From Candidatus Fermentithermobacillaceae bacterium DTU015 (GTDB lineage: Bacteria > Bacillota > Sulfobacillia > Fermentithermobacillales > Fermentithermobacillaceae): 64,000 nt of DNA. The notes beneath the pieces are model-generated. The model did not search any database, was not told where the DNA came from, and worked only from the letters and a program-made list of their open reading frames with translations. Below are positions 1-9,736 of this stretch, piece after piece. The first letter of the stretch is position 1. Every line of letters starts with the position of its first letter. Made by a program: the position numbers and the translations under genes. The DNA lies in assembly GCA_001513185.1 (NCBI GenBank), contig LFST01000051.1:374-64373 (forward strand), read 5' to 3'.

Positions 1-1320
1 AACAACACGTGGATCTTCCACCTGAGGAAAGATGCCAGGTGGCAAGACGGCAACGAGGTTTTTCCCGAAGGCGAAGGCCCGGAAGTGACTGCTGAAGACG
101 TGAAGTACAGCATTGAAAGGATCCTAGACCCGGCAACCAGGTCTGCACGGGTGACCCTGGTCAACTCGGTGGATAAGGTAGAAGTGATAGACAAGTACAC
201 CGTGAAGATCACCACCAAAGAACCTGACGCCTTCCTTTTGGACAACCTGGCAAGTGTGTACATAGTCAACAAGCAAATAATCGAAACCCTAGGTCCGGAA
301 AAGTTTGCACGCAACCCGATTGGAAGCGGCCCGTTTAAGTTTGAAGAAATGAAACCTGACGACTACGTCTCATTGGTCCGCAACGAAGATTATTACATCA
401 AGCCCAACCTGGAAAGGATTATCATCAAGCCCATACCTGATCCCAATGCGCTCCTCATAGCTTTGGAATCGGGAGACGTGGATGTTGTAGCACAAGTCCC
501 GCAAAAAGACGTTGAGAGAATCGAGGCAGATCCGAACCTGGAGGTAATGAGGCAAGCTACCGCTGCCTACAGGTACATGGCGTTCCATTGCGAAAACGAG
601 CCTACGAAGGATCCCAAGTTCAGAGAAGCTATAGCTTTGGCTATCGACATGGACGCCGCGGTCAACGCGATCTTCCCGCCAGGAATGGCTGAGAGGGCTT
701 ACGGCCCTGTGTGCCCGAATATCCTGGGATACGATCCGTCTCTGTCAAGATACTGGGAGTACAATCCTGAGAAGGCCCTGGATATCCTGGCCGAACTTGG
801 CTATCAGGATACCGACGGAGACGGATACCTTGACAAGGACGGTAAGCCTCTAACTCTGAGGATCATTGCACCTCAGGACACCAACCGTACCAAGCTGTCG
901 GTCATAGTTGCCACCAGCCTCGATGAGCTGGGCATTAAGACCGAAGTGCAGAACCTGGAATGGGGCACTCTTCTAAGCGAAGTTGAGAAGGGCAACTTCG
1001 ACATCCATATACTTGGCGGCTACAGCGGACCCAACGGCATGCTGTTTATGTTCCACAGCCGCAACAGGGGGCCTAATGGAAACAGCTCTTTGTACTCAAA
1101 CCCTGAAGTCGACGAGTTGCTGGACCGTGCAATTACCCTTGTTAATCCTGCAGAGCGGGAACCTGTATGGAAGCAGGCCCAGGAGCTCATTGTGCAGGAT
1201 AAACCGCATATCCCGGCATACCACGAATACTTCTTCTTCGCCTACAACAAGAAGGTCCAGGATTACTACGGCAGCTTCCAGTTTGTAACCCTGGAGAACA
1301 ACGTGTGGCTGAGTGAGTAA
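1..1320 (+). CDS. ABC transporter substrate-binding protein, family 5 (oligopeptide/dipeptide/nickel type), 5'-truncated by window edge
   Basis: Frame 1 is open from base 1 (NNTWIFHLRKDARWQDGNEV... precedes the GTG at 85). The TAEDVKYSIERILDP motif and overall layout are typical of SBP_bac_5. Two permeases and two ATPases follow. Confidence 0.85.
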   Translation, partial: NNTWIFHLRKDARWQDGNEVFPEGEGPEVTAEDVKYSIERILDPATRSARVTLVNSVDKVEVIDKYTVKITTKEPDAFLLDNLASVYIVNKQIIETLGPEKFARNPIGSGPFKFEEMKPDDYVSLVRNEDYYIKPNLERIIIKPIPDPNALLIALESGDVDVVAQVPQKDVERIEADPNLEVMRQATAAYRYMAFHCENEPTKDPKFREAIALAIDMDAAVNAIFPPGMAERAYGPVCPNILGYDPSLSRYWEYNPEKALDILAELGYQDTDGDGYLDKDGKPLTLRIIAPQDTNRTKLSVIVATSLDELGIKTEVQNLEWGTLLSEVEKGNFDIHILGGYSGPNGMLFMFHSRNRGPNGNSSLYSNPEVDELLDRAITLVNPAEREPVWKQAQELIVQDKPHIPAYHEYFFFAYNKKVQDYYGSFQFVTLENNVWLSE

Positions 1321-1389
1321 TAAGCTTCCTTGAAGCAATCGGGGAGGCGTCTGGAACCAGCGCCTCCCTTTCTAATAGAGGTGAGTCCG

Positions 1390-2343
1390 ATGCTTAAGTT
1401 CATTATCCGTCGCTTGCTTCAAGCCATTCCCACCTTGCTGGGAATATCCATAGTGGTGTTTCTTATGGTTCACTTGGCGCCGGGGGATCCTGTGCTCATC
1501 ATGCTGGGATCCCAGGAGCAAGCGATAACCCCGGAAAGGATTGAGGAACTGAGAGAAGAATGGGGTTTTAACGATCCCTTGTACGTTCAGTACTGGAGAT
1601 GGCTGAAGAATGCCCTGCGGGGGGACCTAGGCAAGTCAATATACACAGGCCAGGATGTGTTCAAAACCATTGTAGAAAGGATACCCGCCACCTTGCTCTT
1701 GACCATATCGTCGATGATTGTGGCTATAGCCATATCCCTGCCTGTGGGTATCATATCCGCCGTAAGGCAGTATTCTGCATGGGACTACATTGGAATGGTA
1801 GGGGCCCTGCTAGGGGTATCAATGCCTGCGTTCTGGCTTGCCCTGCTTTCCATGTACGTGTTCTCCCTCAAACTGGGCTGGCTTCCGGCCACAGGGATGG
1901 GCCACTTTTCCCAGGGGCTTGGCACTGTGATAAAGCACCTGATCCTGCCTTCATTTACCCTGGGCTTCGGGATGGCAGCCATGACCACCCGGCTGACCCG
2001 GTCCAGCATGCTGGAAGTGTTCCGCCAGGACTATATACGCACTGCTAAGGCTAAGGGGCTGTCAGAAAAGGTGGTAATCTACAGGCATGCCCTGAAAAAC
2101 GCGCTTATTCCCATAGTAACCGTGATAGGCACCCAGTTTGGCTCGCTCTTGGGCGGTGCCGTGGTCACAGAGACGATCTTTGCGTGGCCTGGGATGGGCC
2201 GTCAGGCAATTGCGTCAATCCAACGCCGGGATTTGCCCATGATCCAGGGCAATGTGCTGCTCATGTGCCTGATATTCGTGTTGGTCAATCTCATAGTCGA
2301 CATAAGTTACACCTGGCTCGATCCCAGGATCAGGTACGACTGA
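1390..2343 (+). CDS. ABC peptide/nickel transporter permease (DppB/OppB-like)
   Basis: MLKFIIRRLLQAIPTLLGISIVVF N-terminus is typical of the family. ATG at 1390 follows AGAGGTGAG. Multi-TM with an EAA-like loop (TRLTRSSMLEV..DYIRTAKAKGL). Confidence 0.9.
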   Translation: MLKFIIRRLLQAIPTLLGISIVVFLMVHLAPGDPVLIMLGSQEQAITPERIEELREEWGFNDPLYVQYWRWLKNALRGDLGKSIYTGQDVFKTIVERIPATLLLTISSMIVAIAISLPVGIISAVRQYSAWDYIGMVGALLGVSMPAFWLALLSMYVFSLKLGWLPATGMGHFSQGLGTVIKHLILPSFTLGFGMAAMTTRLTRSSMLEVFRQDYIRTAKAKGLSEKVVIYRHALKNALIPIVTVIGTQFGSLLGGAVVTETIFAWPGMGRQAIASIQRRDLPMIQGNVLLMCLIFVLVNLIVDISYTWLDPRIRYD

Positions 2344-2374
2344 ACCCGCACACGCATGAAGGGAGGTCTCTAGG

Positions 2375-3244
2375 TTGGATAACGTATCGCAGCAAAAGAA
2401 GCGTTCTTTGTGGATAGACGTGTGGGCCCGTTTCAAGAAAAACCGCCTGGCGATGGTGGGGTTATTCATAATTATCGTCCTGTACCTTATAGCGATTTTC
2501 GCGGACGTGTTGGCGCCCTATCCTTATGACAAGATGAACCTTTCTAATCTGTATGCCCCCCCGGGCACACCCGGGCATCCCTTGGGGACTGACGAATACG
2601 GCAGGGATTTGCTAAGCAGGCTCATCTACGGCACCCGGATATCTCTTACGGTAGGGCTTGTGGTAGTAGCTATGTCCAGTGCAATCGGGGTTACCCTTGG
2701 CGCTATAGCCGGATACTACGGAGGCTGGGTAGATTCCATCATCATGCGCATTGTGGATTTCCTGTACGCCTTTCCGTTTTTCATCCTCGCCATAACCATC
2801 GTAGCCATTCTGGGCCCAAGTCTTTATAACGCCATGCTTGCCTTGGCTTTGGTCAACTGGGTTGGCTACGCCAGGATGGTTAGGGGACAGTTCTTGGCGC
2901 TAAAGCAAAGAGAATTTGTAGAAGCCGCCAGAGCTGTCGGGGCTAGCGGATTTAGGATCATGTTTGTACATCTTCTGCCCAATGCACTAGGGCCTGTGAT
3001 AGTACAAATGTCGCTTGGTGTTGCCGGAGCGATCTTGTCGGCTTCAGGCTTGAGTTTCCTAGGGCTGGGGGCTGATCTGCGCAGTGCCGAATGGGGCGCC
3101 ATGCTCAATGCAGGCAAAGATTATCTCCGGAGCGCACCCCACCTAGCTACCTACCCGGGATTAGCCATCATGATTACAGTGCTTGCATTCAACTTCGTAG
3201 GCGATGGGCTCAGAGACGCCCTGGACCCAAGGCTAAAACAGTAA
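2375..3244 (+). CDS. ABC peptide/nickel transporter permease (DppC/OppC-like)
   Basis: N-terminal [14 protein letters not shown] motif, [19 protein letters not shown] and [16 protein letters not shown] loop. GGGAGG lies 9 nt upstream of the TTG start. Confidence 0.9.
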   Translation: MDNVSQQKKRSLWIDVWARFKKNRLAMVGLFIIIVLYLIAIFADVLAPYPYDKMNLSNLYAPPGTPGHPLGTDEYGRDLLSRLIYGTRISLTVGLVVVAMSSAIGVTLGAIAGYYGGWVDSIIMRIVDFLYAFPFFILAITIVAILGPSLYNAMLALALVNWVGYARMVRGQFLALKQREFVEAARAVGASGFRIMFVHLLPNALGPVIVQMSLGVAGAILSASGLSFLGLGADLRSAEWGAMLNAGKDYLRSAPHLATYPGLAIMITVLAFNFVGDGLRDALDPRLKQ

Positions 3245-3269
3245 ACTTTGCATAGAAAGCGGTGGCAAG

Positions 3270-4268
3270 ATGTCGAAACGGATTTTGGAAGTTAAGAATC
3301 TCACCACCTCGTTTTTTACCGGGGAAGGCGTGTTCAATGCCGTAGACGGTGTAAGTTTCGCTATCCACCAAGGCGAAACATTGGCCATAGTCGGAGAAAG
3401 CGGATGCGGCAAGTCTGTAACCAGCCTTTCGCTGATGAGGCTCATCCCCTGGCCGCCTGGCAAGATTACCGGAGGGGAAGTACTGCTCGAAGGGGAAGAC
3501 CTTCTGTCGCTACCAGAAGAAGAAATGCAGAAGGTGCGAGGCAACAGGATTTCAATGATATTCCAAGAACCTATGACGTCGCTCAACCCGGTGCTGAAAG
3601 TCGGGTTTCAGATAATGGAAGCTCTCCAGCTCCACCAAGGCTTATCAAAGACAGACGCACGGGAACGGGCAGTCGAAATGCTGAAGCTGGTGGGCATACC
3701 TGAACCTCAGCGCCGGGCCGATGAATACCCCCACCAGATGTCAGGTGGCATGCGGCAGCGTGTGATGATTGCAATGGCCCTGGCTTGCAATCCCAAGTTG
3801 CTGATAGCCGACGAACCTACCACGGCTCTGGATGTTACCATACAAGCCCAGATACTGGATCTAATGCGCAAGCTGCAGCAGGAAATAGGCATGGCCATCC
3901 TTCTGATCACTCACGACATGGGCGTGGTTGCCGAGATGGCCGAGCGGGTAATCGTGATGTATGCAGGACGCTTTGTAGAAGAAGGCGGGGTAGAGGAGAT
4001 ATTCGATAACCCGTTACATCCGTATACCGCGGGGTTGCTCAATTCAATCCCCAGGCTGGATGGATCTGCACAAAGGCTCAACGTGATCCCAGGCACCGTA
4101 CCAAATCCTTGGGCCCTGCCTGTCGGCTGCAAGTTCCATCCCCGTTGCTCCCAGTGCATGCAGCGCTGCAGAGAAGAAGAACCACCCCTATTTGACCTAG
4201 GGCCGGAGCGGAAAGTACGCTGCTGGCTGTACGCATCACGAGCCAACGCAAAGGAGTGTGTATCATGA
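3270..4268 (+). CDS. ABC transporter ATP-binding protein (DppD/OppD-like)
   Basis: Walker A GESGCGKS, signature MSGGMRQR, Walker [14 protein letters not shown]-terminal oligopeptide-type extension [12 protein letters not shown]. Confidence 0.93.
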   Translation: MSKRILEVKNLTTSFFTGEGVFNAVDGVSFAIHQGETLAIVGESGCGKSVTSLSLMRLIPWPPGKITGGEVLLEGEDLLSLPEEEMQKVRGNRISMIFQEPMTSLNPVLKVGFQIMEALQLHQGLSKTDARERAVEMLKLVGIPEPQRRADEYPHQMSGGMRQRVMIAMALACNPKLLIADEPTTALDVTIQAQILDLMRKLQQEIGMAILLITHDMGVVAEMAERVIVMYAGRFVEEGGVEEIFDNPLHPYTAGLLNSIPRLDGSAQRLNVIPGTVPNPWALPVGCKFHPRCSQCMQRCREEEPPLFDLGPERKVRCWLYASRANAKECVS

Positions 4269-5239
4269 GCGCTGATGTTCTGCTTGAAGTCCGTAACCTA
4301 AAGACATATTTCCCGCTAAAGCGCGGGCTGCTGGGACGCCCACGGGGCTTTGTCAAAGCCGTGGACGATGTGTCATTCTTTATCAGACGTGGAGAAACCC
4401 TGGGGCTTGTGGGCGAGTCAGGCTGCGGCAAGACTACCACCGGGAAAAGCATTTTGAGGCTGATCGAGCCTACTTCCGGGGAAATAATCTTTGAAGGGCA
4501 GGACCTTATGGGCCTAAACCAGAACCAAATGCGCAAAATGCGCCGGGAAATGCAGCTTATCTACCAAGATCCTTACTCTTCGCTTAACCCCAGGCTCACT
4601 GTGGGAGAAATCATAGCCGAACCCCTGGTGGTACATGACCTGCTTGACCGGCAGGGCAGGGAAGAGCGGGTACGGGAACTACTTGAAGTGGTCGGCTTAT
4701 CCCCGGATCACATGTACAGGTATCCTCACGAGTTCTCCGGCGGGCAAAGACAGAGGGTCGGGATTGCCAGAGCGCTTGCGCTTAACCCGAAGTTTATCGT
4801 ATGTGACGAACCGGTATCAGCCTTGGACGTGTCCATCCAGTCCCAGATACTTAACTTGTTGGTTGACCTGCAGAAGGAGTTCGGCCTTACCTATTTGTTC
4901 ATCGCGCACGGACTGGCGGCGGTGAAGCATATTTCTGACAGGGTTGCAGTAATGTACCTCGGCAAGATAGTTGAAATCGCCGACAGCCAAGTAATTTACG
5001 ACCGGCCCCTTCATCCGTATACCCAGGCACTAATCTCTGCGATCCCGGTACCTAACCCTAAGATACAGAAAGAACGCATTTTGCTGGAAGGGGATGTGCC
5101 TTCACCCGTGAACCCGCCTTCTGGGTGCAGGTTCCATACCCGCTGCAGGCATTGCTTTGAGCGTTGCCGGGAAGAAGAGCCGCCGCTTGTGGACAAGGGA
5201 AACGGCCATCTGGTGGCGTGTCACCTGTACGACAACTAG
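4265..5239 (+). CDS. ABC transporter ATP-binding protein (DppF/OppF-like)
   Basis: Walker [10 protein letters not shown], signature FSGGQRQR, Walker [25 protein letters not shown] tail. ATG at 4265 is preferred over the GTG at 4256. Confidence 0.93.
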   Translation: MSADVLLEVRNLKTYFPLKRGLLGRPRGFVKAVDDVSFFIRRGETLGLVGESGCGKTTTGKSILRLIEPTSGEIIFEGQDLMGLNQNQMRKMRREMQLIYQDPYSSLNPRLTVGEIIAEPLVVHDLLDRQGREERVRELLEVVGLSPDHMYRYPHEFSGGQRQRVGIARALALNPKFIVCDEPVSALDVSIQSQILNLLVDLQKEFGLTYLFIAHGLAAVKHISDRVAVMYLGKIVEIADSQVIYDRPLHPYTQALISAIPVPNPKIQKERILLEGDVPSPVNPPSGCRFHTRCRHCFERCREEEPPLVDKGNGHLVACHLYDN

Positions 5240-5295
5240 AGGGTGCCTGAAATTCTTAGTTTCGGTAAATTATATGCATACCGTAGGCGCACAGC

Positions 5296-6279
5296 TTGAT
5301 TCCCCTTGCAACGTTTGCCGCCCCTGTGCGCAGGCCCCTTAGCTATGGCTGGAATTTCCCTGAATCGGCCCAAGACATACTAAACTGGGAGGTGGCTCTG
5401 CTGAACACGTTCTCAGTTGCATCTATCCGGGCGCTCAGCTCCATCAGGGATTTCGTCGACCGGGAGATACACAAGTGGGAAAAGCAAGGGGTCAGGGTTA
5501 ATGTGAGCGAGTCTTCTCAAAGCAAGACCCTGACCCTTCATTGCCAACCATCGGGTCAAGACTACAACAGTTCCAGCCGTAACCTGCAAAGGATCAAAAG
5601 TTCGATAGCCAACGGCCTGTCTGACATCATTATCGATGAGTACGAGAAGTTTCTCGTAACCAAGCTCATCGACGTCAATTACGCCTACTTGTCTGAAAGA
5701 GATAGGGCGCTGCTTAAGGCAAAGGCGCTCAAGCTACTTAGCAATGGCAGGAGCAACGGGTATTCAGTCCGGCGGAGTCAGCGAAAGAGCAGGGTTTGGG
5801 CCAAACTCTCAGAGTATCTTGAGATGGAAGACCAGATAATGGTGGAAGGTTTCATAACGTTTAGGCTCAAAGACTATCTTGAAGACCTTTTTGACTTCGT
5901 GGACCAGATGGTGAAAGAACATTTGATCAACCGGGAATACAGGGAGTTCCTGAGACTCCTGCGCCATTTCATGAGCAGGCAGCCGCGTCCCCTGCCGGTC
6001 ATCAACATCCACAGGGATTCTGAAGGCAGGTACAGACTGCTCAACGGCAAGATGAAACCCTTGAGCGGAGACAGGGGAGGGCTCCTGAGCAACAACGGGG
6101 ATATGTTCGGGCCTGACGGCGATGACTTGGTGGTAAGCGCTGTGGTGACCCTGGCACCCCACCGGATTGTGTGGCACGGGACCGTTGACAATTCTTCATG
6201 CTTCGATTTGCTAAGCGACCTGTTTAGCGACAACCTCCGGGTATGCGATGGATGCAGCCTGGACTGCACTGACTCTTGA
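5296..6279 (+). CDS. ytxC: YtxC-like putative sporulation protein (start uncertain)
   Basis: Sits immediately upstream of thrS, as ytxC does in B. subtilis. Contains GFITFRLKDYLEDL...EYREFLRLLRHFMSRQ, which resembles the YtxC family as I recall it. No convincing SD for any candidate start (5296 TTG, 5392 GTG). Confidence 0.55.
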   Translation: MIPLATFAAPVRRPLSYGWNFPESAQDILNWEVALLNTFSVASIRALSSIRDFVDREIHKWEKQGVRVNVSESSQSKTLTLHCQPSGQDYNSSSRNLQRIKSSIANGLSDIIIDEYEKFLVTKLIDVNYAYLSERDRALLKAKALKLLSNGRSNGYSVRRSQRKSRVWAKLSEYLEMEDQIMVEGFITFRLKDYLEDLFDFVDQMVKEHLINREYREFLRLLRHFMSRQPRPLPVINIHRDSEGRYRLLNGKMKPLSGDRGGLLSNNGDMFGPDGDDLVVSAVVTLAPHRIVWHGTVDNSSCFDLLSDLFSDNLRVCDGCSLDCTDS

Positions 6280-6300
6280 TGCCTGCTTCCGCTTCTTCCC

Positions 6301-6329
6301 TTGATTTGCCCCTGGCAGTAAGATATAAT
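6301..6329 (+). promoter_or_regulatory. sigma-A type promoter for the thrS leader
   Basis: TTGATT (6301-6306), 17-nt spacer, TATAAT (6324-6329), read directly. Confidence 0.6.
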
Positions 6330-6335
6330 TCCCCC

Positions 6336-6593
6336 AAACAATATCATGCGGGCTATGAAAAGGACAGTACGCAGGCTATGTGGACCCCAGAGAATGACGG
6401 CCTCAGGCTGGAAGCCGTCTGGTCCCGGCTTGTCGGAACACCACCTTGGAGCCCCTAGTGGAAGCGCCGCCGGTGGCGATAACACTAGCGTGTGGACACG
6501 TTAACGTCCTAAGAGGGCTAAGTGTGCTTGCACTTAGCTAAAGAAGGGTGGAACCGCGAACTCAGACCTCGCCCCTTTAAGGCGAGGTTTTTG
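6336..6593 (+). promoter_or_regulatory. T-box riboswitch leader, threonine specifier (ACC)
   Basis: Stem I closes GGGCT(6350)/AGCCC(6450), with AGTA (6366), an AGAGA bulge (6389) and a specifier-loop ACC at 6440-6442 followed by A. T-box motif GGGTGGAACCGCG at 6546-6558. Terminator ACCTCGCC/GGCGAGGT plus T-run at 6566-6593. Confidence 0.85.
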
Positions 6594-6626
6594 CTTTAGA
6601 GAACTTAGAATAGGAGAGTGATCACC

Positions 6627-8603
6627 ATGGGCCAGGACAAGAGGCCTGAGGGTTTCGTTGTCAAATGGAACGAAGAATCCAAACACTTCCCGCAAGGTAG
6701 CACTTTTCTGGATGTAAAGAAAGCGTTTGGTTGGAAGAACGACGTACTCATGGTCCGGGTGCTTGACCAGGCTCAGCCTCAGGTACTGGAGCTAAGAGAG
6801 CCGGTAGAAAGGGATTGTGAGGTTGAGCCGCTTGGGTTCGCGGATGAGCAAGCCAGGGAGGCCCTGAGGCATACGGCTTCCCACGTGCTGGCTCAGGCGG
6901 TAAAGCGTCTGTTCCCAGATGTGCGCCTGGGGATCGGCCCGGCAATAGAGGATGGTTTCTACTATGATTTTGATACAGAGCACAGGTTTACCCCGGAGGA
7001 CCTTAACGACATTGAAAAGGAAATGAGGCGGATTGTGAAACAGAATCTGCCCGTTACCCGTGAAATCGTGTCCAGGGAAGAAGCCAGAAAACTGTTTGAG
7101 GAAGCCGGTGAGACCTACAAGCTGGAGCTTATCGACGAACTGCCAGAAAGCGAAGCTATATCAATCTACAGGCAAGGAGAGTTTTTCGACCTGTGTGCAG
7201 GGCCTCACGTGCCACATACAGGATACCTTAAGGCATTCAAACTACTGAGCATTGCCGGGGCTTACTGGAGAGGAGACGAAAACCGGCCCATGCTCCAGCG
7301 CATCTATGGCACTGCCTTTATGGACCAGGAAGCACTCGACGCCCACCTAGCCAAGCTGGAAGAAATCAAGCGCAGGGATCACCGGAGACTCGGCCGGGAA
7401 CTTGAGTTTTTCAGCATCGAAGAGGAAGGCGGCCCGGGACTCATATATTGGCATCCCAAGGGAGCCCTGGTGCGGGAACTTATCGAGCATTTCTGGAAAG
7501 CGGAACACCGGAAGAGGGGCTATGAAATCGTGTACACCCCCCACATTGCCAAACTCGACTTGTGGAAGGTTTCCGGACACTGGGATTGGTACAGTGAGAA
7601 CATGTACACCCCCATGGATGTCGATGATACCAAGTACTTGCTCAAACCCATGAATTGTCCTTTCCACATATTGATCTACAAAGGCAAGACCAGAAGTTAC
7701 CGCGACTTGCCCATAAAATACGCAGAGCTTGGTACAGTGTATAGATATGAGCGCTCAGGAGTGCTCCATGGGATGCTGAGGGTAAGAGGGTTCACCCAGG
7801 ACGATGCTCACTTGTTTTGCAGGCCCGATCAGCTTGAGGAACAACTCATAGAGGTTCTCGATCTAGCCGAGTTCATGCTCAAGACTTTCGGCTACGACGA
7901 ATACTACTGCATGCTTTCAGTGCGGGACCCTGAAGATAAGCAGAGATACATCGGGAACGACGATGTGTGGGAGCAGGCCGAAGCTGCCCTGGAAAACGCG
8001 CTCAAAGCCAAGAATCTAAACTACCAGGTGGACGTAGGCGAAGCTAAGTTCTACGGGCCGGCAATAGACATAAAGATCAAAGACGCCATGGGGCGCCTGT
8101 GGCAGGGACCGACCATCCAGGCCGACTTCAACCTACCCGAGAGGTTTGACATAGCCTACATCGGAGAAGACGGGCAGAAGCACAGGCCGGTGATGATCCA
8201 CCGCACCGTGCTGGGCGCCATGGAAAGGTTTATCGGCGGGCTGATCGAACACTACGCAGGCGCGTTCCCGTTGTGGCTGTCACCTGTGCAAGTCCGGGTC
8301 ATGCCTGTGTCAGACAAGCAGGCAGATTACGCAAAACAAATTGCAGAGGAACTTGAAAAGCACGGATTCAGGACACAATGTGACTTAGGGCCTGACAAGA
8401 TAGGGTATAAGATACGGCAGGCCCAGCTTGAAAAGGTGCCTTACATGATAATCGTAGGGGACAAGGAAAAGCAAGCGGGCAACATTTCGGTACGCCACAG
8501 GGCTTTAGGCGACCTTGGAGCCATGCAATTGGACGAATTTGCGGCCAAGGCAAAGCACGAGTCCGAATCCAAGAGCCTGGATTCGGTGTTTGGAAACAGC
8601 TGA
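6627..8603 (+). CDS. thrS: threonine--tRNA ligase
   Basis: TGS domain N-terminus, editing-domain HTASHVLAQAV, class II core (FHILIYK, RVRGFTQDDAH), C-terminal anticodon-binding domain. AGGAG lies 10 nt before the ATG at 6627. Confidence 0.97.
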   Translation: MGQDKRPEGFVVKWNEESKHFPQGSTFLDVKKAFGWKNDVLMVRVLDQAQPQVLELREPVERDCEVEPLGFADEQAREALRHTASHVLAQAVKRLFPDVRLGIGPAIEDGFYYDFDTEHRFTPEDLNDIEKEMRRIVKQNLPVTREIVSREEARKLFEEAGETYKLELIDELPESEAISIYRQGEFFDLCAGPHVPHTGYLKAFKLLSIAGAYWRGDENRPMLQRIYGTAFMDQEALDAHLAKLEEIKRRDHRRLGRELEFFSIEEEGGPGLIYWHPKGALVRELIEHFWKAEHRKRGYEIVYTPHIAKLDLWKVSGHWDWYSENMYTPMDVDDTKYLLKPMNCPFHILIYKGKTRSYRDLPIKYAELGTVYRYERSGVLHGMLRVRGFTQDDAHLFCRPDQLEEQLIEVLDLAEFMLKTFGYDEYYCMLSVRDPEDKQRYIGNDDVWEQAEAALENALKAKNLNYQVDVGEAKFYGPAIDIKIKDAMGRLWQGPTIQADFNLPERFDIAYIGEDGQKHRPVMIHRTVLGAMERFIGGLIEHYAGAFPLWLSPVQVRVMPVSDKQADYAKQIAEELEKHGFRTQCDLGPDKIGYKIRQAQLEKVPYMIIVGDKEKQAGNISVRHRALGDLGAMQLDEFAAKAKHESESKSLDSVFGNS

Positions 8604-8624
8604 CAACTTTTTGGCCCGTGACGC

Positions 8625-8654
8625 GTGACACAACAGCCTGCAATATGATATACT
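8625..8654 (+). promoter_or_regulatory. putative promoter of the infC-rpmI-rplT operon
   Basis: GTGACA (8625-8630), 18-nt spacer, extended -10 TGaTATACT (8646-8654). Confidence 0.4.
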
Positions 8655-8659
8655 CAATT

Positions 8660-8812
8660 GCGCTAAGAAGAAGCCATCCGCTTCTCACCTTACGGCAATA
8701 GGCTTGTAAGGTTACAGACTGAATGAGGCGGTTTTGCAGCTGTACGTAAGAAGCCTCAATAGGTGAGCGAGATACGGGCGGGTGGAGTTCTCTACCCGCC
8801 CATATTAGTTTT
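8660..8812 (+). promoter_or_regulatory. structured infC leader, putative ribosomal protein L20 leader / attenuator
   Basis: 190-nt untranslated gap before infC. Hairpin ACCTTAC/GTAAGGT near 8688-8713. GC-rich hairpin GGGCGGGT(8776)/ACCCGCCC(8794) followed by the U-rich ATATTAGTTTT. Firmicute infC operons are known to carry an L20-responsive leader. Not matched to a covariance model. Confidence 0.4.
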
Positions 8813-8834
8813 GGCCAAAAGGGGGTGAAACTCT

Positions 8835-9395
8835 ATCAGGCACATGAGTCAGAGTCAAAGTCAGAGGGTAAACGACCAGATCCGGGCACGGGAAGTAAGG
8901 CTGATAGCTTCTGATGGGGCACAGTTGGGTATCTTTCCCGTTCAGGAAGCTTTGAACATAGCTCGTGAGCAAGGGCTGGATTTAGTGGAAGTAGCTCCTC
9001 ACGCCAAGCCCCCTGTTTGCCGGATCATGGACTATAGCAAATGGAAGTACGAGCAATCTAAGCGCCAGAAAGAAGCCAGGAAAAAGCAGAAGGCTCAGGA
9101 CATGAAAGAAGTCAAGATGCGTCCTGCAATTGACCAGCATGACTTCGACGTGAAGGCAAGGGCTTGCAGGCGTTTCCTGGAACAGGGCGACAAGGTCAAA
9201 GCCACAATCATGTTCAGGGGCAGGGAGCTAGCCCATGTCGGCTTGGGTCAAAAGGTTTTGGAAAGGCTTTTGGATTCAGTCAAAGAGATATGTCAAGTCG
9301 AAAGGGCTCCCAGGATGGAAGGCAGGAACATGACCATGATCCTGGTGCCCAAGCCCCAGGACAGGGGCAACAAGAAAACCGCTGCTGACAACTGA
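8835..9395 (+). CDS. infC: translation initiation factor IF-3 (probable non-AUG ATC start; first ATG at 8844)
   Basis: NDQIRAREVRLI...KPPVCRIMDYSKWKYEQ...GDKVKATIMFRGRE is unmistakable IF-3. SD GGGGGTG ends at 8827, which is 7 nt before the in-frame ATC at 8835 but 16 nt before the ATG at 8844. Confidence 0.9.
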   Translation: MRHMSQSQSQRVNDQIRAREVRLIASDGAQLGIFPVQEALNIAREQGLDLVEVAPHAKPPVCRIMDYSKWKYEQSKRQKEARKKQKAQDMKEVKMRPAIDQHDFDVKARACRRFLEQGDKVKATIMFRGRELAHVGLGQKVLERLLDSVKEICQVERAPRMEGRNMTMILVPKPQDRGNKKTAADN

Positions 9396-9453
9396 AATGC
9401 AGCAGAAGACATAAGATTAGCAGTATTACGGATACAGGAAAGGGAGTTTGCAA

Positions 9454-9678
9454 GTGGCTAAGAAGGCTAAGAAGGCCAAGAAGATCAAGATGAAAACCCA
9501 TAGCGGTGCTAAGAAGCGCCTGTTTGTAACAGGCACAGGCAAGATCCGCCATTTCCGTTCAGGCCATGGGCACAAGCTTGAACACAAAGGCCATGCACGG
9601 CGGAGAAGATTGAGACAAGACACAATTCTCAACAAAGTTTACGCCAAAGAGATCAAGACTTTGATTCCGTACAAGTAA
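9454..9678 (+). CDS. rpmI: 50S ribosomal protein L35 (start either GTG 9454 or ATG 9490)
   Basis: MKTHSGAKKRLFVTGTGKIRHFRSGHGHKL matches L35. GGGAG lies 7 nt upstream of the GTG at 9454, which would add a Lys/Ala-rich 12-aa extension. Confidence 0.88.
   Translation: MAKKAKKAKKIKMKTHSGAKKRLFVTGTGKIRHFRSGHGHKLEHKGHARRRRLRQDTILNKVYAKEIKTLIPYK
9457..9483 (+). repeat. 3 x 9-bp tandem repeat GC(T/C)AAGAAG at the rpmI 5' end
   Basis: GCTAAGAAG GCTAAGAAG GCCAAGAAG read directly. It encodes AKKAKKAKK if translated, and each unit also resembles an SD (AAGAAGG). Confidence 0.9.
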
Positions 9679-9736
9679 CTAGCAACATGTTCAACAAAAT
9701 CAAGAGCGTAGTGTTGTAGAAAGAGGGTTGTAAGCG

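Noticed and set aside
5874-6485. 203-aa minus-strand ORF overlapping the ytxC-like gene and the thrS leader
   Set aside because: It runs through the thrS promoter and T-box Stem I, and antisense to a plus-strand CDS. Its composition is Ser/Pro/Leu/Arg-rich with no recognisable domain.
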